Assembly (NCBI GenBank): GCA_950097015.1
Contig: CATNEN010000024.1
Location: forward strand, 1,612,001 to 1,676,000
From: Macrostomum hystrix
Lineage: Eukaryota > Animalia > Platyhelminthes
Direction of reading: 5' to 3'
DNA length: 64,000 bases
The position numbers and the translations under genes were made by a program. The notes below the pieces were generated by a model that did no database searches, was not told the origin of the DNA, and saw only the letters and a program-made list of their open reading frames with translations. Shown piece by piece: positions 43,836-55,326 of the stretch. The number at the start of each line of letters is the position of its first letter. Position 1 is the first letter of the stretch.

Positions 43836-46800
43836 CACCAATTGGACCCGTCGCTGCAGATCTCTGGTCGCCTGTTTGGCGGCCTCATCATGGACGTGAA
43901 GAAGAGAGCGCCGTTCTACCTGTCTGACTTTCGCGACGCCTTCCACATGCAGACCATCGGAGCGCTGTTCTTTCTGTACTTTGCCTGCCTGACACCCATC
44001 ATCACGTTTGGCGGCCTACTCATTGACGCGACAGACGGCCACCTGGGCGCTATTGAGTCGATTCTCTCCGGCGCCATCTGCGGAACAGTCTACGCCCTGT
44101 TCTCCGGCCAGCCACTCACCATTCTGGGTTTGTTCAATAATTTAAAAAAGTCAAAGCTCTGAGGTCAGGTCTGACGCTAGTCAGTGTATAGAGGCGTCTT
44201 CATGTTTACTTTGGTCCAAAGTTAAGAAACACGTGAACACACCACTGTCCCTCGATTGCACAGCCGGTGCTTTTGGTATCTAAACGTCATAAAACTTAAC
44301 AAAAAATATTATCTCGTGACGGCTTGTTTACTGGCAGGTCACTCTGTCAGCGAAAGCTTGTTCACAGATAGTTCCTTAAATGACAAATTAGCTTATTTTG
44401 AAAGTTAAGGGCTCGAAAAATTCCAGAAAAAGATCAACTTTTACTGAGAAAGTCAGTTCCTCACGAAAGTCCTGAAACCAACCAAAAATTTTATGCTTTG
44501 GAGATAGGAATTTAACATTTTTTTTCATGCTTGCATTAGATATTTTTTAAATTATACATCGAAATGACAGGGGCTGGGGAGGGGCATCACACTGTACTGC
44601 TGATAAGTTCAAGGACCGGGGGCGTCACACTGTGTACAGCTGTTCAATTCATGGACTGGTTTGGGGCGTCACACTGTACTGCTGATAAGTTAATGGACTA
44701 GTGCAGGGGCGTCACACTATACACAGCTGTTAAATTCATGGGCTGGGGAGGGGCGTCACACTGCACAGCTGTTAAATTCATGGGCTGGGGAGGGGCGTCA
44801 CACTGCACAGCTGTTCAATTCATGGGCTGGGGAGGGGCGTCACACTGCACAGCTGTTCAATTCATGGGCTGGGGAGGGGCGTCACACTGCACAGCTGTTC
44901 AATTCATGGGCTGGGGAGGGGCGTCACACTGCACAGCTGTTCAATTCATGGGCTGGGGAGGGGCGTCACACTGCACAGCTGTTCAATTCATGGGCTGGGG
45001 AGGGGCGTCACACTGCACAGCTGTTCAATTCATGGGCTGGGGAGGGGCGTCACACTGCACAGCTGTTCAATTCATGGGCTGGGGAGGGGCGTCACACTGC
45101 ACAGCTGTTCAATTCATGGGCTGGGGAGGGGCGTCACACTGCACAGCTGTTCAATTCATGGGCTGGGGAGGGGCGTCACACTGCACAGCTGTTCAATTCA
45201 TGGGCTGGGGAGGGGCGTCACACTGCACAGCTGTTAAATTCATGGGCTGGGGAGGGGCGTCACACTGCACAGCTGTTAAATTCATGGGCTGGGGAGGGGC
45301 GTCACACTGCACAGCTGTTCAATTCATGGGCTGGGGAGGGGCGTCACACTGCACAGCTGTTCAATTCATGGCCTGAATTATCTTCGACACAAAACGCACA
45401 TTCCACAGGTTCCACTGGACCAGTGCTGGTGTTTGAAACGATAGTGTTCAAGATGTGCAAGGACTACGGATGGGAGTACCTCAGCTTCCGCATGTGGGTC
45501 GGCCTGTGGATCAGCTTGATTCTGCTGCTGTTTGTGGCCTTCGATCTCAGCGCTCTGGTCAAGTGAGAAATTTGAAATTATCAAAGTTATTGAAGAATGT
45601 TTATTTGGCTTTGATGCCATCGAGACACTAGCTTTTATTTTACTTGCCTTTGCTACTCAAGAGTTGCAGAAAATTTTCTTTTTCACCTTCATTATTAATA
45701 ATAATAACTGCAGGAAGGCTGCAGGTACTGGAACATCATTTGATGACAGTGGACCCGCATCCTGTCAGACTGAGTACACACTCACAGTGTTGTACATCTG
45801 CCTTGACTTTTTAATTGTCAGGCAGTGTACATTCTTACGACAAGCCTCTGAGCCTTCTCTCCGCGGCTGCGATCAAAATGAATGCAGTCTCTATTTCAGG
45901 GACATTGGTGCGACGAGTGGCGAATGCGTTAATCGCCCTGACTTACCTCCTGCAAGAAACCCTTGGTGTTAGTCTTTGTTCGTTTAACAGTAGAAAGACC
46001 ATGGAGGGCTATTCCAAATATATATATTTTCTGTATCTCCTAAAATATTCAACCGATCGCCATGAAAATGCAGAACACAGACAAAAATGTCCGCTTCTAT
46101 TGTCCAAAAATTTATTCTGCTCACAAATTTTCATCGTGCTCCATGTCGACTTATCATTGCTAACTCTTTTGGATAAATTGATTAATGAAACAGTTTTTTC
46201 TTTTTTGAACCAACATGGATTCGCCATAAAAGTTTCTACAGAGAAACGTCACCAGGGTCTTCGACAAGAACGGATTTGAAAGTTAGTTCATCGTAAAGGG
46301 CGGGAAATTTCTATTCATAAGGTGGACTTTCACGAGAATCGGTCATTCGGCTTGGGAGCTGTAGTGAAGTAGCCCCTGGTTATTTGAAATACCCCCTGGT
46401 TTTTCCCCATGGAAAAATAGCTTTCTTACTGTTAACCGCCTCATATGCGCACCAGGTCGTCCCACTGGAGCTCACTTTCACTATCGTCTTGATTAAACTG
46501 CTCAAGTTTTGATTTGTTTTAACAACTTAAATCAATGCTTCCATCTCCCACGCCAGGTACATAACCCGCTTCACCGAGGAGTCATTCGCCGGTCTAATCG
46601 CCCTCATTTTCATCGTCGAGGCCTTCAAGAAGCTGCTGACTATAGCCAAGCAGTATCCGGTGAACAGCCAGTGGCAGCCCGACTACAGGCCCGATAACAA
46701 CTGTACCTGCCGCCGACTTCCCGGCATCAACGACTCTACCTGGCGGCCGCTGGCTCCCGGCCAGAATCTGCGAGTGCCCAGCTTCCCATTGTGGCGCGAC

Positions 46801-49142
46801 AAATTCAGCGGCGAGCCGGCCCACTTTCCAAACTATTCGGCCATGCCCTACTGGAGCTGGGATTGGTACGACACTGTCAAGGCCTGCGTGCAGAACCAGG
46901 GTGAGTGGATCGGCACCGGCTGCGGCACCTTCGCTGTGCCTGACGTATTCTTCTTCTCCTGTCTGCTGTTCATTGGCACCTTCGTGTTGAGCTACGGCCT
47001 GAAGATGATGCGCAACTCCAGCTTCTTTCCGGCCTTTTTTCGCTCCCTCATCAGCGACTTTGCCGTGATGACGGCCATTGTGCTGATGACCCTGACGGAC
47101 CGACTGATGGGCCTGCACACGCCGAAGCTCAATGTGCCATCCGGCTTCGAGCCCACCCTGGGCTATCAGGCTCGCGGCTGGCTCATCCGGCCACTGGGCC
47201 GCCAGGGACAGAACCCCTGGTACACCATCTTGATTGCCCTGTTCCCGGCCCTGCTAGCCACCATTCTTATCTTCATGGACCAGCAGATAACGGCAGTCAT
47301 TGTTAATAGGAAGGAGAACAAGCTGAAGAAAGGCCTCGGCTATCACCTGGACCTGCTGATTGTGGCTCTGCTGATCGGTATCAACTCCGTGCTGGGCATT
47401 CCCTGGTTTGTGGCCGCCACAGTGCTCTCAATTAATCACGTGATGTCGCTGAAGATTGAGAGCGAGTCCACGGCGCCTGGGGAGAGACCGAAGTTTCTGG
47501 GATGCCGGTAAGCTTGGGAGAACAACTTGGCTTGCATTTTAGGATGCGAAGAAACGGTTAATTTCTATGACACTATTTCCTCATAGCAATAGCATAGCAA
47601 CATTACACCAACTGGGCTTATCGGGCTATTTAAAATGAATTCAACAGCATAGCAATGAATAATTCTGCTAATCGCCTTCCACTCGGCCTCCTTCCTTGGC
47701 CTGTAAACAACGAGAGTCGAATTATTAAGGATCTAATTATGAGTGAATGAATGAACGAGTGAATGCTGTCAGTTTAGTAGGTCGCAATCCTCAGTACTTT
47801 GGGTGTTAGTAATATTTGCCAGTCGTTGGGATGCACAGATTCTGACTGACTTAGGTCATAGCGGGCCAGCCAATCGGCCCAGGGCCCAGGTTACAGAAAG
47901 CGGGGTGGAGGGCTTTGCGGGCCAGCCAATCGGCCCAGAGCCCGGGTTACAGAAAGTGGGGTGGACGCCTCAGTGGGCCAGCCAATCGGATCAGGACCCA
48001 GGTCACAAAAAGTGGGGTGGAGGGCTCAGTGGGCCAGCCAATCTACGGGGCCCGAGGCACAGCAAGTTAGGAAAGGGCATACAGGAGGACGAGTGCAGCG
48101 AATAAAGTACGCAATGCACAAATCCAATAATCAAACACGAAACGAATACGAAACCTAATCTGATTCGCAGGGAGAACCGGCTAACTGGATTTCTCATCTT
48201 TCTCATGATCGGCCTGTCGGTGTTCATGACGCCAGTGTTGCGGAACATCCCCATGCCAGTGCTATACGGCGTGTTCCTCTTTATGGGTGTCTCCTCACTC
48301 AATGGGATCCAGATGGTTCAGCGAATCGGCTTGTTCTTCATGCCGCCGAAGTATCAGCCGGACTACATTTTCCTGAGGTGAGGTTCATTCCTAGTCGAAT
48401 CTAAGGTGTGCCTGGAACAATTCAAAGCGTCGACGTGTCCCATTTGTAATTTTTTGTCTCCCGCAGACACGTGAAGCTAGCGCAGGTGCACAAGTTCACC
48501 ATCATCCAGGTACTGTGCCTAGTTCTACTGTGGGTGGTGAAGGCGATCAAGCGAGTGTCCATCTTGTTCCCCATCATGGTGCTGGCCATGTGCTTCGTTC
48601 GCAAGGCTCTGGACTACTTATTTGAGCAGTCTGAACTCAAATGGCTCGACGACATCCTGCCGCCAATGCACCTGGGCAGGAAGCCCGCCTCGGGCAATGT
48701 AACAGGAATCACCGACCGGCCCGTCACCGTGGAGCTCCCGATGGGCGTATCAGCCGAGCCCAAGGCTGGCGAGAACTCCTTCAACGTGTCAGTTGAGCTG
48801 GGACACACCTCCATCTGGAAGAACCTCACCGCCCAGCCTGCCGCTGACGGACAGAAGAAGACGAAGTAAGCAGCTTGGGAAACTGATATCCCCCCACTTA
48901 ACTGATCTAGCTAAACTGAATCCCGTTCAATGCCAAACTACTAAGTTATGACATGCTATCTGAGCCCTTGACCCGCCCTGACACTCTACAGGGGAAGGTC
49001 GGCTCCAATGGGCAAGCAGCGCTCGCCGCCTGCCGATAACACCAATCCTGAGGCCCGCGAGCGGCTGCTGAACGCGCCCGCCATCGTAGTAGAGCCGCCT
49101 TCGGGCAGCAACACGCCGGAGCGCAGGGACTCAAACGCCTGA
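34689..49142 (+). CDS. SLC4 family Na+-coupled bicarbonate transporter (NBC/NDCBE/NDAE1-like), ~1251 aa, 12 exons
   Basis: Exons 34689-34869, 35047-35109, 38057-38194, 39214-39600, 39949-40358, 43210-43390, 43594-44127, 45409-45562, 46557-47507, 48171-48377, 48467-48865, 48992-49142; 3756 nt in frame. Motifs [46 protein letters not shown] (Asp, Na-coupled type), 4-Cys extracellular loop, [11 protein letters not shown]. Confidence 0.93.
35147..35395. repeat. 30-bp minisatellite (GATGTCACTGACAATCAGGCCATAGGCAGT) x8
   Basis: Starts ~40 nt after the SLC4 exon 2 donor. Confidence 0.93.
36341..36990. repeat. 18-bp minisatellite (CCCCTCCGATTCCTCCTA)
   Basis: About 36 copies, SLC4 intron 2. Confidence 0.95.
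37572..38040. repeat. 20-bp minisatellite (CCCCTCAGTTCGAATTTTAT)
   Basis: About 23 copies ending ~16 nt before the exon 3 acceptor. Confidence 0.95.
38222..39200. repeat. ~26-bp minisatellite (CCCCCATTCAGCTGGACCATCCGACA)
   Basis: Fills nearly all of SLC4 intron 3. Confidence 0.95.
39609..39868 (-). mobile_element. Internally deleted SINE copy, SLC4 intron 4
   Basis: Tail (AAT)n-TGCAGG at 39612; head CGCTCTGCCACTCACTCCCC at ~39850. Confidence 0.85.
40365..40500 (+). mobile_element. 3' half of SINE directly after SLC4 exon 5 donor
   Basis: CAAGGCACAGTGAGTGTGTACACTGCCTGACGATGAGAAAGT..GGCAGAATTGCCTCCT..GGCTGCGGGTC matches 60475-60630. Confidence 0.85.
41510..43012. repeat. 26/30-bp minisatellite (CCACTGACATTCCACTGAATACCAAA), 1.5 kb
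   Basis: Directly visible in SLC4 intron 5. Confidence 0.95.
44570..45372. repeat. 42-bp G-rich minisatellite (CATGGGCTGGGGAGGGGCGTCACACTGCACAGCTGTTCAATT)
   Basis: About 15 near-perfect plus ~4 degenerate copies, ending ~35 nt before the exon 8 acceptor. Confidence 0.95.
45698..45950 (-). mobile_element. Degenerate SINE copy, SLC4 intron 8
   Basis: (AAT)n-CTGCAGG tail, GGCAGTGTACA and GCCTTCTCTCCGCGGCTGCG blocks shared with the 20286 copy. Confidence 0.75.
46002..46380. mobile_element. Putative MITE-like dispersed repeat
   Basis: 24-bp identity TATTCAACCGATCGCCATGAAAAT with 51483-51506; short imperfect inverted ends AGGGCTA / TAGCCC. Confidence 0.45.
47860..48050. repeat. 56-bp repeat x4, each with CCAAT and (3 of 4) GGGGTGG
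   Basis: CCAAT at 47870, 47926, 47982, 48038. Confidence 0.85.
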
Positions 49143-49309
49143 GCTGAGGCAAACGCTGGTCTCGAAACTACAATTAAACGCTTTTGTGCGCATCAGAGTT
49201 TTGTTTAGATTGTGAATAGATTTACTAAATTGTAAAGTTTCTGCTTACTATGGATATAGTTAGCTGCTTGAGCTCAGAGAGGATTGAATTAAACTACTCG
49301 TAAATGTAG

Positions 49310-49775
49310 TAGTTTGCGTGGGGTTGTGGGTGCTCTCGTGTGGTGTGTGCTGTGGGGTGATGGGTGTTTTGGTGTGTTGAATGCTGTGGGGTAGTGGGTG
49401 TTCTCGTGTGGTGGGTGCTCTCGGGTGTTGGGTGCTGTGAAGTGGTGGGTGCTTTGGGGTGTTGGATGCTGTGGGGTAGTGGGTGCTGTGGGGTGGTGGG
49501 TGCTGTGGGATGGTGGGTGCTGTGACGTGGTGAGAGCTGTGGGTGGTGGGTGCTTTGGGATGGTGGGTGCTGTGGGGTGGTGGGTGCTGTGACGTGGTGA
49601 GAGCTGTGGGGTAGTGGGTGCTGTGGGGTGTTGGGTGCTGTGTGGTGGTGGGTGCTGTGGGATGGTAGGTGCTGTGACGTAATGAGAGCTGTGGGGTGGT
49701 GGGTGCTGTGCGGTGGTGGGTGCTGTGGGATGGTGGGTGCTGTGACGTGGTGAGAGCTGTGGGGTGGTGGTTGCT
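49310..49775. repeat. GT-rich degenerate minisatellite (GGTGGTGGGTGCTGTGG)
   Basis: Directly visible downstream of the SLC4 stop. Confidence 0.9.
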
Positions 49776-51689
49776 CTTAGGCGGTGGTTATTATAATCTT
49801 TTCGAAGAAAGATTAATATGACGAAAGTCAAGCCAAATTAAGTTACACTTGGCAATAAGGCGCAAGACGCGCAGAAAGTAAGAAATCGCAGAATACGCAG
49901 AATAAGAAAAAAAACTAATTTTTTTGTGCTTTAGGTAAACAGTTTTAAATGGTGGTCTAGTTTTTTGTTTTGTTCCGCTTAATAGTGCCCACTTTTTCGC
50001 TAGTCCTCCTGCTCAGCGTCTCCTGTTCCATCATGAAATTTTGGGAAACCATTCGCTTTATTATCCACTTTTTGTTTTCTTTTAGAATATCAGGTATAAT
50101 TAGTGTTTTTGCATAGATTTTTATGTACCTCCGAAATAAATTTCGAGCAATACTTTTTACTTTTTTCTCTTGACATGGGAGATTTTGCACATTTTTGCAA
50201 CACGATAGATATATACGAGCTATTGTCTCCCTGCTTTTATGAAATAATTTTTTCTAAGCGGAAATGTTTATTCGCAAATTTCACTAGGATTTTTTAGAGT
50301 TTTGTATATTTTTTGTGTTACTGAGAAATCGACCATGTGCACCTCGCAAGCCCATCTATTCATAGTCATCAGCTTATAATTATATATATTATAAGCGCAT
50401 AGTCAGTTTTTTCAAACACATTGCCTTGCCTTGAAATTTTCCAAATACCCAATGCTTCAAAAGCTGCATCGCAATGACATTTAGTGAATGACCTGGCAAC
50501 AGTAGACTATCGATACGCGCGATAGCATTATGCTTTTCATTGATCTGTACACTTGCCATTCAATCATATATTCAATCATCTATTTTTGTCGTGATTTTGC
50601 TAAATCTTGTTAACCTGTACAGCCAGTCAGCAATCCTGTTAATTGTGAGTTATAAAACTTTAACTGATATTATTGTTGTCTCGCAACGATTTGACGAACA
50701 AAAACTACAATTTTGTTAGCACATTGTGATGAAGCATTGTCGTAGCTACATTTCAAGACTCCACTTAGATCCCTTGCTTTTTGTACTTTTACTCATTACT
50801 TTACCTACTATATGTGAGTCAGTTATGTTTTATTGTCCAACACTGTTTTGCGTTATTTTTGACCCGAACAAATTGTATGATGCAGCTATGTTTGTGTGAG
50901 CAACCAGTACTTTTATTAGATTTTTTTGCTGTTTTCTCTACTCTTTTATCTTTTAAAAGTCTATATAGAAATCATACACGAGATTCGATAACGATTCGAC
51001 AAAAATTATCCGTGTTTATCAATCATTAGGATTAAATCGATGCACTCAAAATATTAGTTTTGACTCAATTAACTCGCTAGAGTAACAAAGTGTAGAATGC
51101 ACTCGTACTACTAACAGCAAGATACATCAGTAGTGTCATTATATGCGAGCGCATGTTATAAAACCTTCTATGAAGTCCGTTATTAAATATTTCTGCATCT
51201 ACTGCAGGTGTATTTATTATTATCTATTATTACCACATCTTTAGTTTTTAGCGCAAGCTTATTTTCCTTGAATTAGTGTACTTCTGTGTCTACCATCGCT
51301 TCTAGGTCTTAGAGCTACTGAATTTTTAACTCAGATGTAAAATAAAAGATCCAAGTGTAGAGTAGGCACCACCACACTCAGCTGGTATTCCTTTCTAGTT
51401 GGTGCGCATCAACTAGTGGACTCTGTCTTTCAACTTCTTTTAACAGTAGAAGCACCGCGGCTGTATTTCAAAGGCCCACAAGTATTCAACCGATCGCCAT
51501 GAAAATCTGGAACATCCGATGGAGCGAACTTCCAGAATCACAAAGCTTCGGCATCGTCGAGTTTCTCGTCGGGGTGTCTGGTGTCAAAGACGACAAAATT
51601 TCTCACAGTTTCATCATGGAACCATTGTTGAGCGGTCTAACCAGTAGGCTAACCCCTTGGATAAAAAAATTTAGTCCTGTTAACACCAG

Positions 51690-53006
51690 GGACTTCTAAA
51701 TACTTATGACGAGCTACCAGTGTTTAGTAGCCCCAGTTCAACATTACTGATCCAGGGACTTCTAAATACTTATGACGAGCTACCAGTGTTTAGTAGCCCC
51801 AGTTCAACATTACTGATCCAGGGACTTCTAAATATTTATGACGAGCTACCAGTGTTTAGTAGCCCCAGTTCAACATTACTGATCCAGGGACTTCTAAATA
51901 CTTATGACGAGCTACCAGTGTTTAGTAGCCCCAGTTCAACATTACTGATCCAGGGACTTCTAAATACTTATGACGAGCTACCAGTGTTTAGTAGCCCCAG
52001 TTCAACATTACTGATCCAGGGACTTCTAAATACTTATGACGAGCTACCAGTGTTTAGTAGCCCCAGTTCAACATTACTGATCCAGGGACTTCTAAATACT
52101 TATGACGAGCTACCAGTGTTTAGTAGCCCCAGTTCAACATTACTGATCCAGGGACTTCTAAATACTTATGACGAGCTACCAGTGTTTAGTAGCCCCAGTT
52201 CAACATTACTGATCCAGGGACTTCTAAATATTTATGACGAGCTACCAGTGTTTAGTAGCCCCAGTTCAACATTACTGATCCAGGGACTTCTAAATACTTA
52301 TGACGAGCTACCAGTGTTTAGTAGCCCCAGTTCAACATTACTGATCCAGGGACTTCTAAATACTTATGACGAGCTACCAGTGTTTAGTAGCCCCAGTTCA
52401 ACATTACTGATCCAGGGACTTCTAAATACTTATGACGAGCTACCAGTGTTTAGTAGCCCCAGTTCAACATTACTGATCCAGGGACTTCTAAATACTTATG
52501 ACGAGCTACCAGTGTTTAGTAGCCCCAGTTCAACATTACTGATCCAGGGACTTCTAAATACTTATGACGAACTACCAGTGTTTAGTAGCCCCAGTTCAAA
52601 ATTACTGATCCAGGGACTTCTAAATACTTATGACGAACTACCAGTGTTTAGTAGCCCCAGTTCAAAATTACTGATCCAGGGACTTCTAAATACTTATGAC
52701 GAGCTACCAGTGTTTAGTAGCCCCAGTTCAACATTACTGATCCAGGGACTTCTAAATACTTATGACGAGCTACCAGTGTTTAGTAGCCCCAGTTCAACAT
52801 TACTGATCCAGGGACTTCTAAATACTTATGACGAGCTACCAGTGTTTAGTAGCCCCAGTTCAACATTACTGATCCAGGGACTTCTAAATACTTATGACGA
52901 GCTACCAGTGTTTAGTAGCCCCAGTTCAACATTACTGATCCAGGGACTTCTAAATACTTATGACGAGCTACCAGTGTTTAGTAGCCCCAGTTCAACATTA
53001 CTGATC
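51690..53006. repeat. 66-bp tandem repeat, ~20 near-identical copies
   Basis: Unit GGGACTTCTAAATACTTATGACGAGCTACCAGTGTTTAGTAGCCCCAGTTCAACATTACTGATCCA. Confidence 0.97.
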
Positions 53007-53142
53007 AGCATACAAAAGCTTGCAGTTGTGTCCAGTCTTGAAATATATTTTTGTAAAGGGTCAAAAAATTGTTTGTAATAATTAACACTGAGAAAGTTTC
53101 TTGGATTCTTAAAAAACGCAGAAAAATGAATGGAATACTATA

Positions 53143-54707
53143 CTTTTTTGCGATTGAATTCGTCCAAACTGCAAAACCTTTCGTCCACAAATGCTTTCTT
53201 AATGGGAGCTAAATTTAGATCATACCATAGACAACCGTTTTCACGCAAAACGGTTCATCCAGTTTGTAAAACATTTCGTCCCCTAGACTAGAGACCGAGT
53301 GTACTGTTCCTACCATAGTTAACACCCAATTGACAGTTCGCTTTTGCTACCACTAAAGCTACAGCAACGCATAGGCCTATCTTCCATTCCGAACCCGGCA
53401 AAACAGTCGAAGATGAACCGAGGCCCCTACCATCCAGTGTCAAACGAAGACCGCAGGCGATTAGCCTTGGCTGTTGAAGAAGGCCGCGATTGGAAACAAC
53501 TGGCCGATATCCTTGGGATCAAGAGAAAGACAGCCAAAACGATTGTCGACACCTACGTTCAAACCGGGCGCATTGAGAAGTTTCCATCAGCAGGTGGCCG
53601 TCCGAAGAAACTGCAAGAGCAGCAGATTGAGTCAATCATCGAGTTCCTCGAGGCAAACCCGTCCGCGACATTACAAATGATGCGGAACCATCTGATGCAA
53701 CTTGGCAATGAAGGTCAACTTCCTCATGTCTCAACCATAAGTCGAGCACTTGACAAACAGCTGGTGACTTTGAAGCTGGCTAGGCAGATTACGTTTGATT
53801 GGAACGACCCAGTTGTGAAGGCGGCGAGATGTGAGTACGCACAGTGGATGATGAACGAAGGACACGACAGGAACCAGATTTTTCTCGATGAGTTCGGGCT
53901 GAACCTGTGGACGGCGAGAACTCAAGGATGGGCATATCGAGGCCAGCCTGCGGTGAGAACGGTATGTGGCCAGCGCGGACAAAACCTGACTCTCTGCTTG
54001 GCCATATCTCCGCAATGGGGACTTGTTCACTATGCGCTGATGGAAGGAGGTTTTCGAGCTCAAAATTTTGCAGACTTCTTAGTAGAGCTGGATGTCCTGG
54101 TGGAGGCTGAGTGGGTGGCGATCTTTGATGGGGCCCGCGCTCACCTTCAAGTCCCTGGACTTTCACCGCAACACAGCACCTATCAATTGCCACCGTACTC
54201 TCCGTATCTCAACCCAACTGAGCGCGCAGGGTCTTCCCTGAAGGCATCAGTGAAGAGGGCACTGTCAGTTCCCGCTATTCAGCACGAGCTCTCTAATCGG
54301 CAAGCTGCTGCTGCTGCGAACCTGACTCTGCATGCCTGGCGGATGCACATTTTGAAGAGAGAGGTCGAAGCTGCACTGCACGTGATTACACAGGAGAAGT
54401 GCCAGCAATGGACCAATCACACTGTGGGTTACTACGGCCGTTGTTTGGACTACGAAGACATTTTGAACTAACATTCTAACAAGAGACACTGTTTTTGCTT
54501 TGTTCAATATCTCGTGATATCAAATAAAGTCGCTCCGTTTAGCTGTTAGCTGTTTGGACGAAGGGTTTAGACGAAATGTTTTACAAACTGGATGAACCGT
54601 TTTGCGTGAACACGGTTGTCTATGGTATGATCTAAATTTAGCTCCCATTAAGAAAGCGTTATTGGACGAAAGGTTTTGCAGTTTGGACGAATTCAATCGC
54701 AAAAAGG
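53143..54707 (+). mobile_element. IS630-Tc1-mariner DNA transposon, 1565 bp, 138-bp TIRs, TA TSD
   Basis: 53143-53280 is the reverse complement of 54570-54707 (5 mismatches); TA on both flanks; single intact transposase ORF inside. Confidence 0.95.
53413..54471 (+). CDS. Tc1/IS630-like DDE transposase (352 aa), DD30E
   Basis: N-terminal HTH-like region; FLDEFG, IFDGARAH and LPPYSPYLNPTE motifs. Confidence 0.93.
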   Translation: MNRGPYHPVSNEDRRRLALAVEEGRDWKQLADILGIKRKTAKTIVDTYVQTGRIEKFPSAGGRPKKLQEQQIESIIEFLEANPSATLQMMRNHLMQLGNEGQLPHVSTISRALDKQLVTLKLARQITFDWNDPVVKAARCEYAQWMMNEGHDRNQIFLDEFGLNLWTARTQGWAYRGQPAVRTVCGQRGQNLTLCLAISPQWGLVHYALMEGGFRAQNFADFLVELDVLVEAEWVAIFDGARAHLQVPGLSPQHSTYQLPPYSPYLNPTERAGSSLKASVKRALSVPAIQHELSNRQAAAAANLTLHAWRMHILKREVEAALHVITQEKCQQWTNHTVGYYGRCLDYEDILN

Positions 54708-55326
54708 TATATTTTTGTGAATTTACAAGCTCTCTTGTTTATTTAAAATGGTCAGTAGAGATAGAAGACAGGAGTGCATTTGAAGGACAAATGAATAAAA
54801 TAGAGAACAAAGCTTCAATTGGCCAGTTTTAATGAAACTTCCGTTTGCAAAGTACTGTCAGATGCAGGAGTTAAAGGGTTTGGAAAAGTTACTTTGGTTG
54901 TGCAAAGAAAATGAGAATTCAGCCAATATTCCCATCGATTGCTTACTTCGATTTGACACATTTCTAAGTAGCTCGTAATTAATGAGTACTTAAAACTGAA
55001 GGAAAAAATTGAATATTTGCGACACGATTGAGTTTTATTGAACTGCACGCAGAAAAAATATATCGGAATATTTCATGACCATAATTACTATAGGCATTAC
55101 AAATGACATACACTACGAAAATAAAATTTCTGCGTCGCTTTCCTCTGGCCTAGTCAAACTTGCACTGACCAGAAATATTGAAATTTAGCTATTCAGTGAC
55201 CTTGTTATTTTTGCAACCAAGCCCAATCAATACGAGTAAAGTCACTAATCAATTACGCCTAATCAATTAAAAGTACATTCCAGTCGTAGTAGCTTAGGAT
55301 GTAGCCCTGTGCCCTAAATCGGGCGC

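Noticed and set aside
50440-50760. hAT transposase-like words SYDNAS and GHSLNV on the minus strand
   Set aside because: Spacing (~255 nt) is longer than expected, frames are broken and no TIRs were found; cannot support.
51690-53006. CRISPR-like array or 452-aa repeat protein
   Set aside because: Head-to-tail identical units with no unique spacers, no cas genes, eukaryotic context; no evidence of coding.
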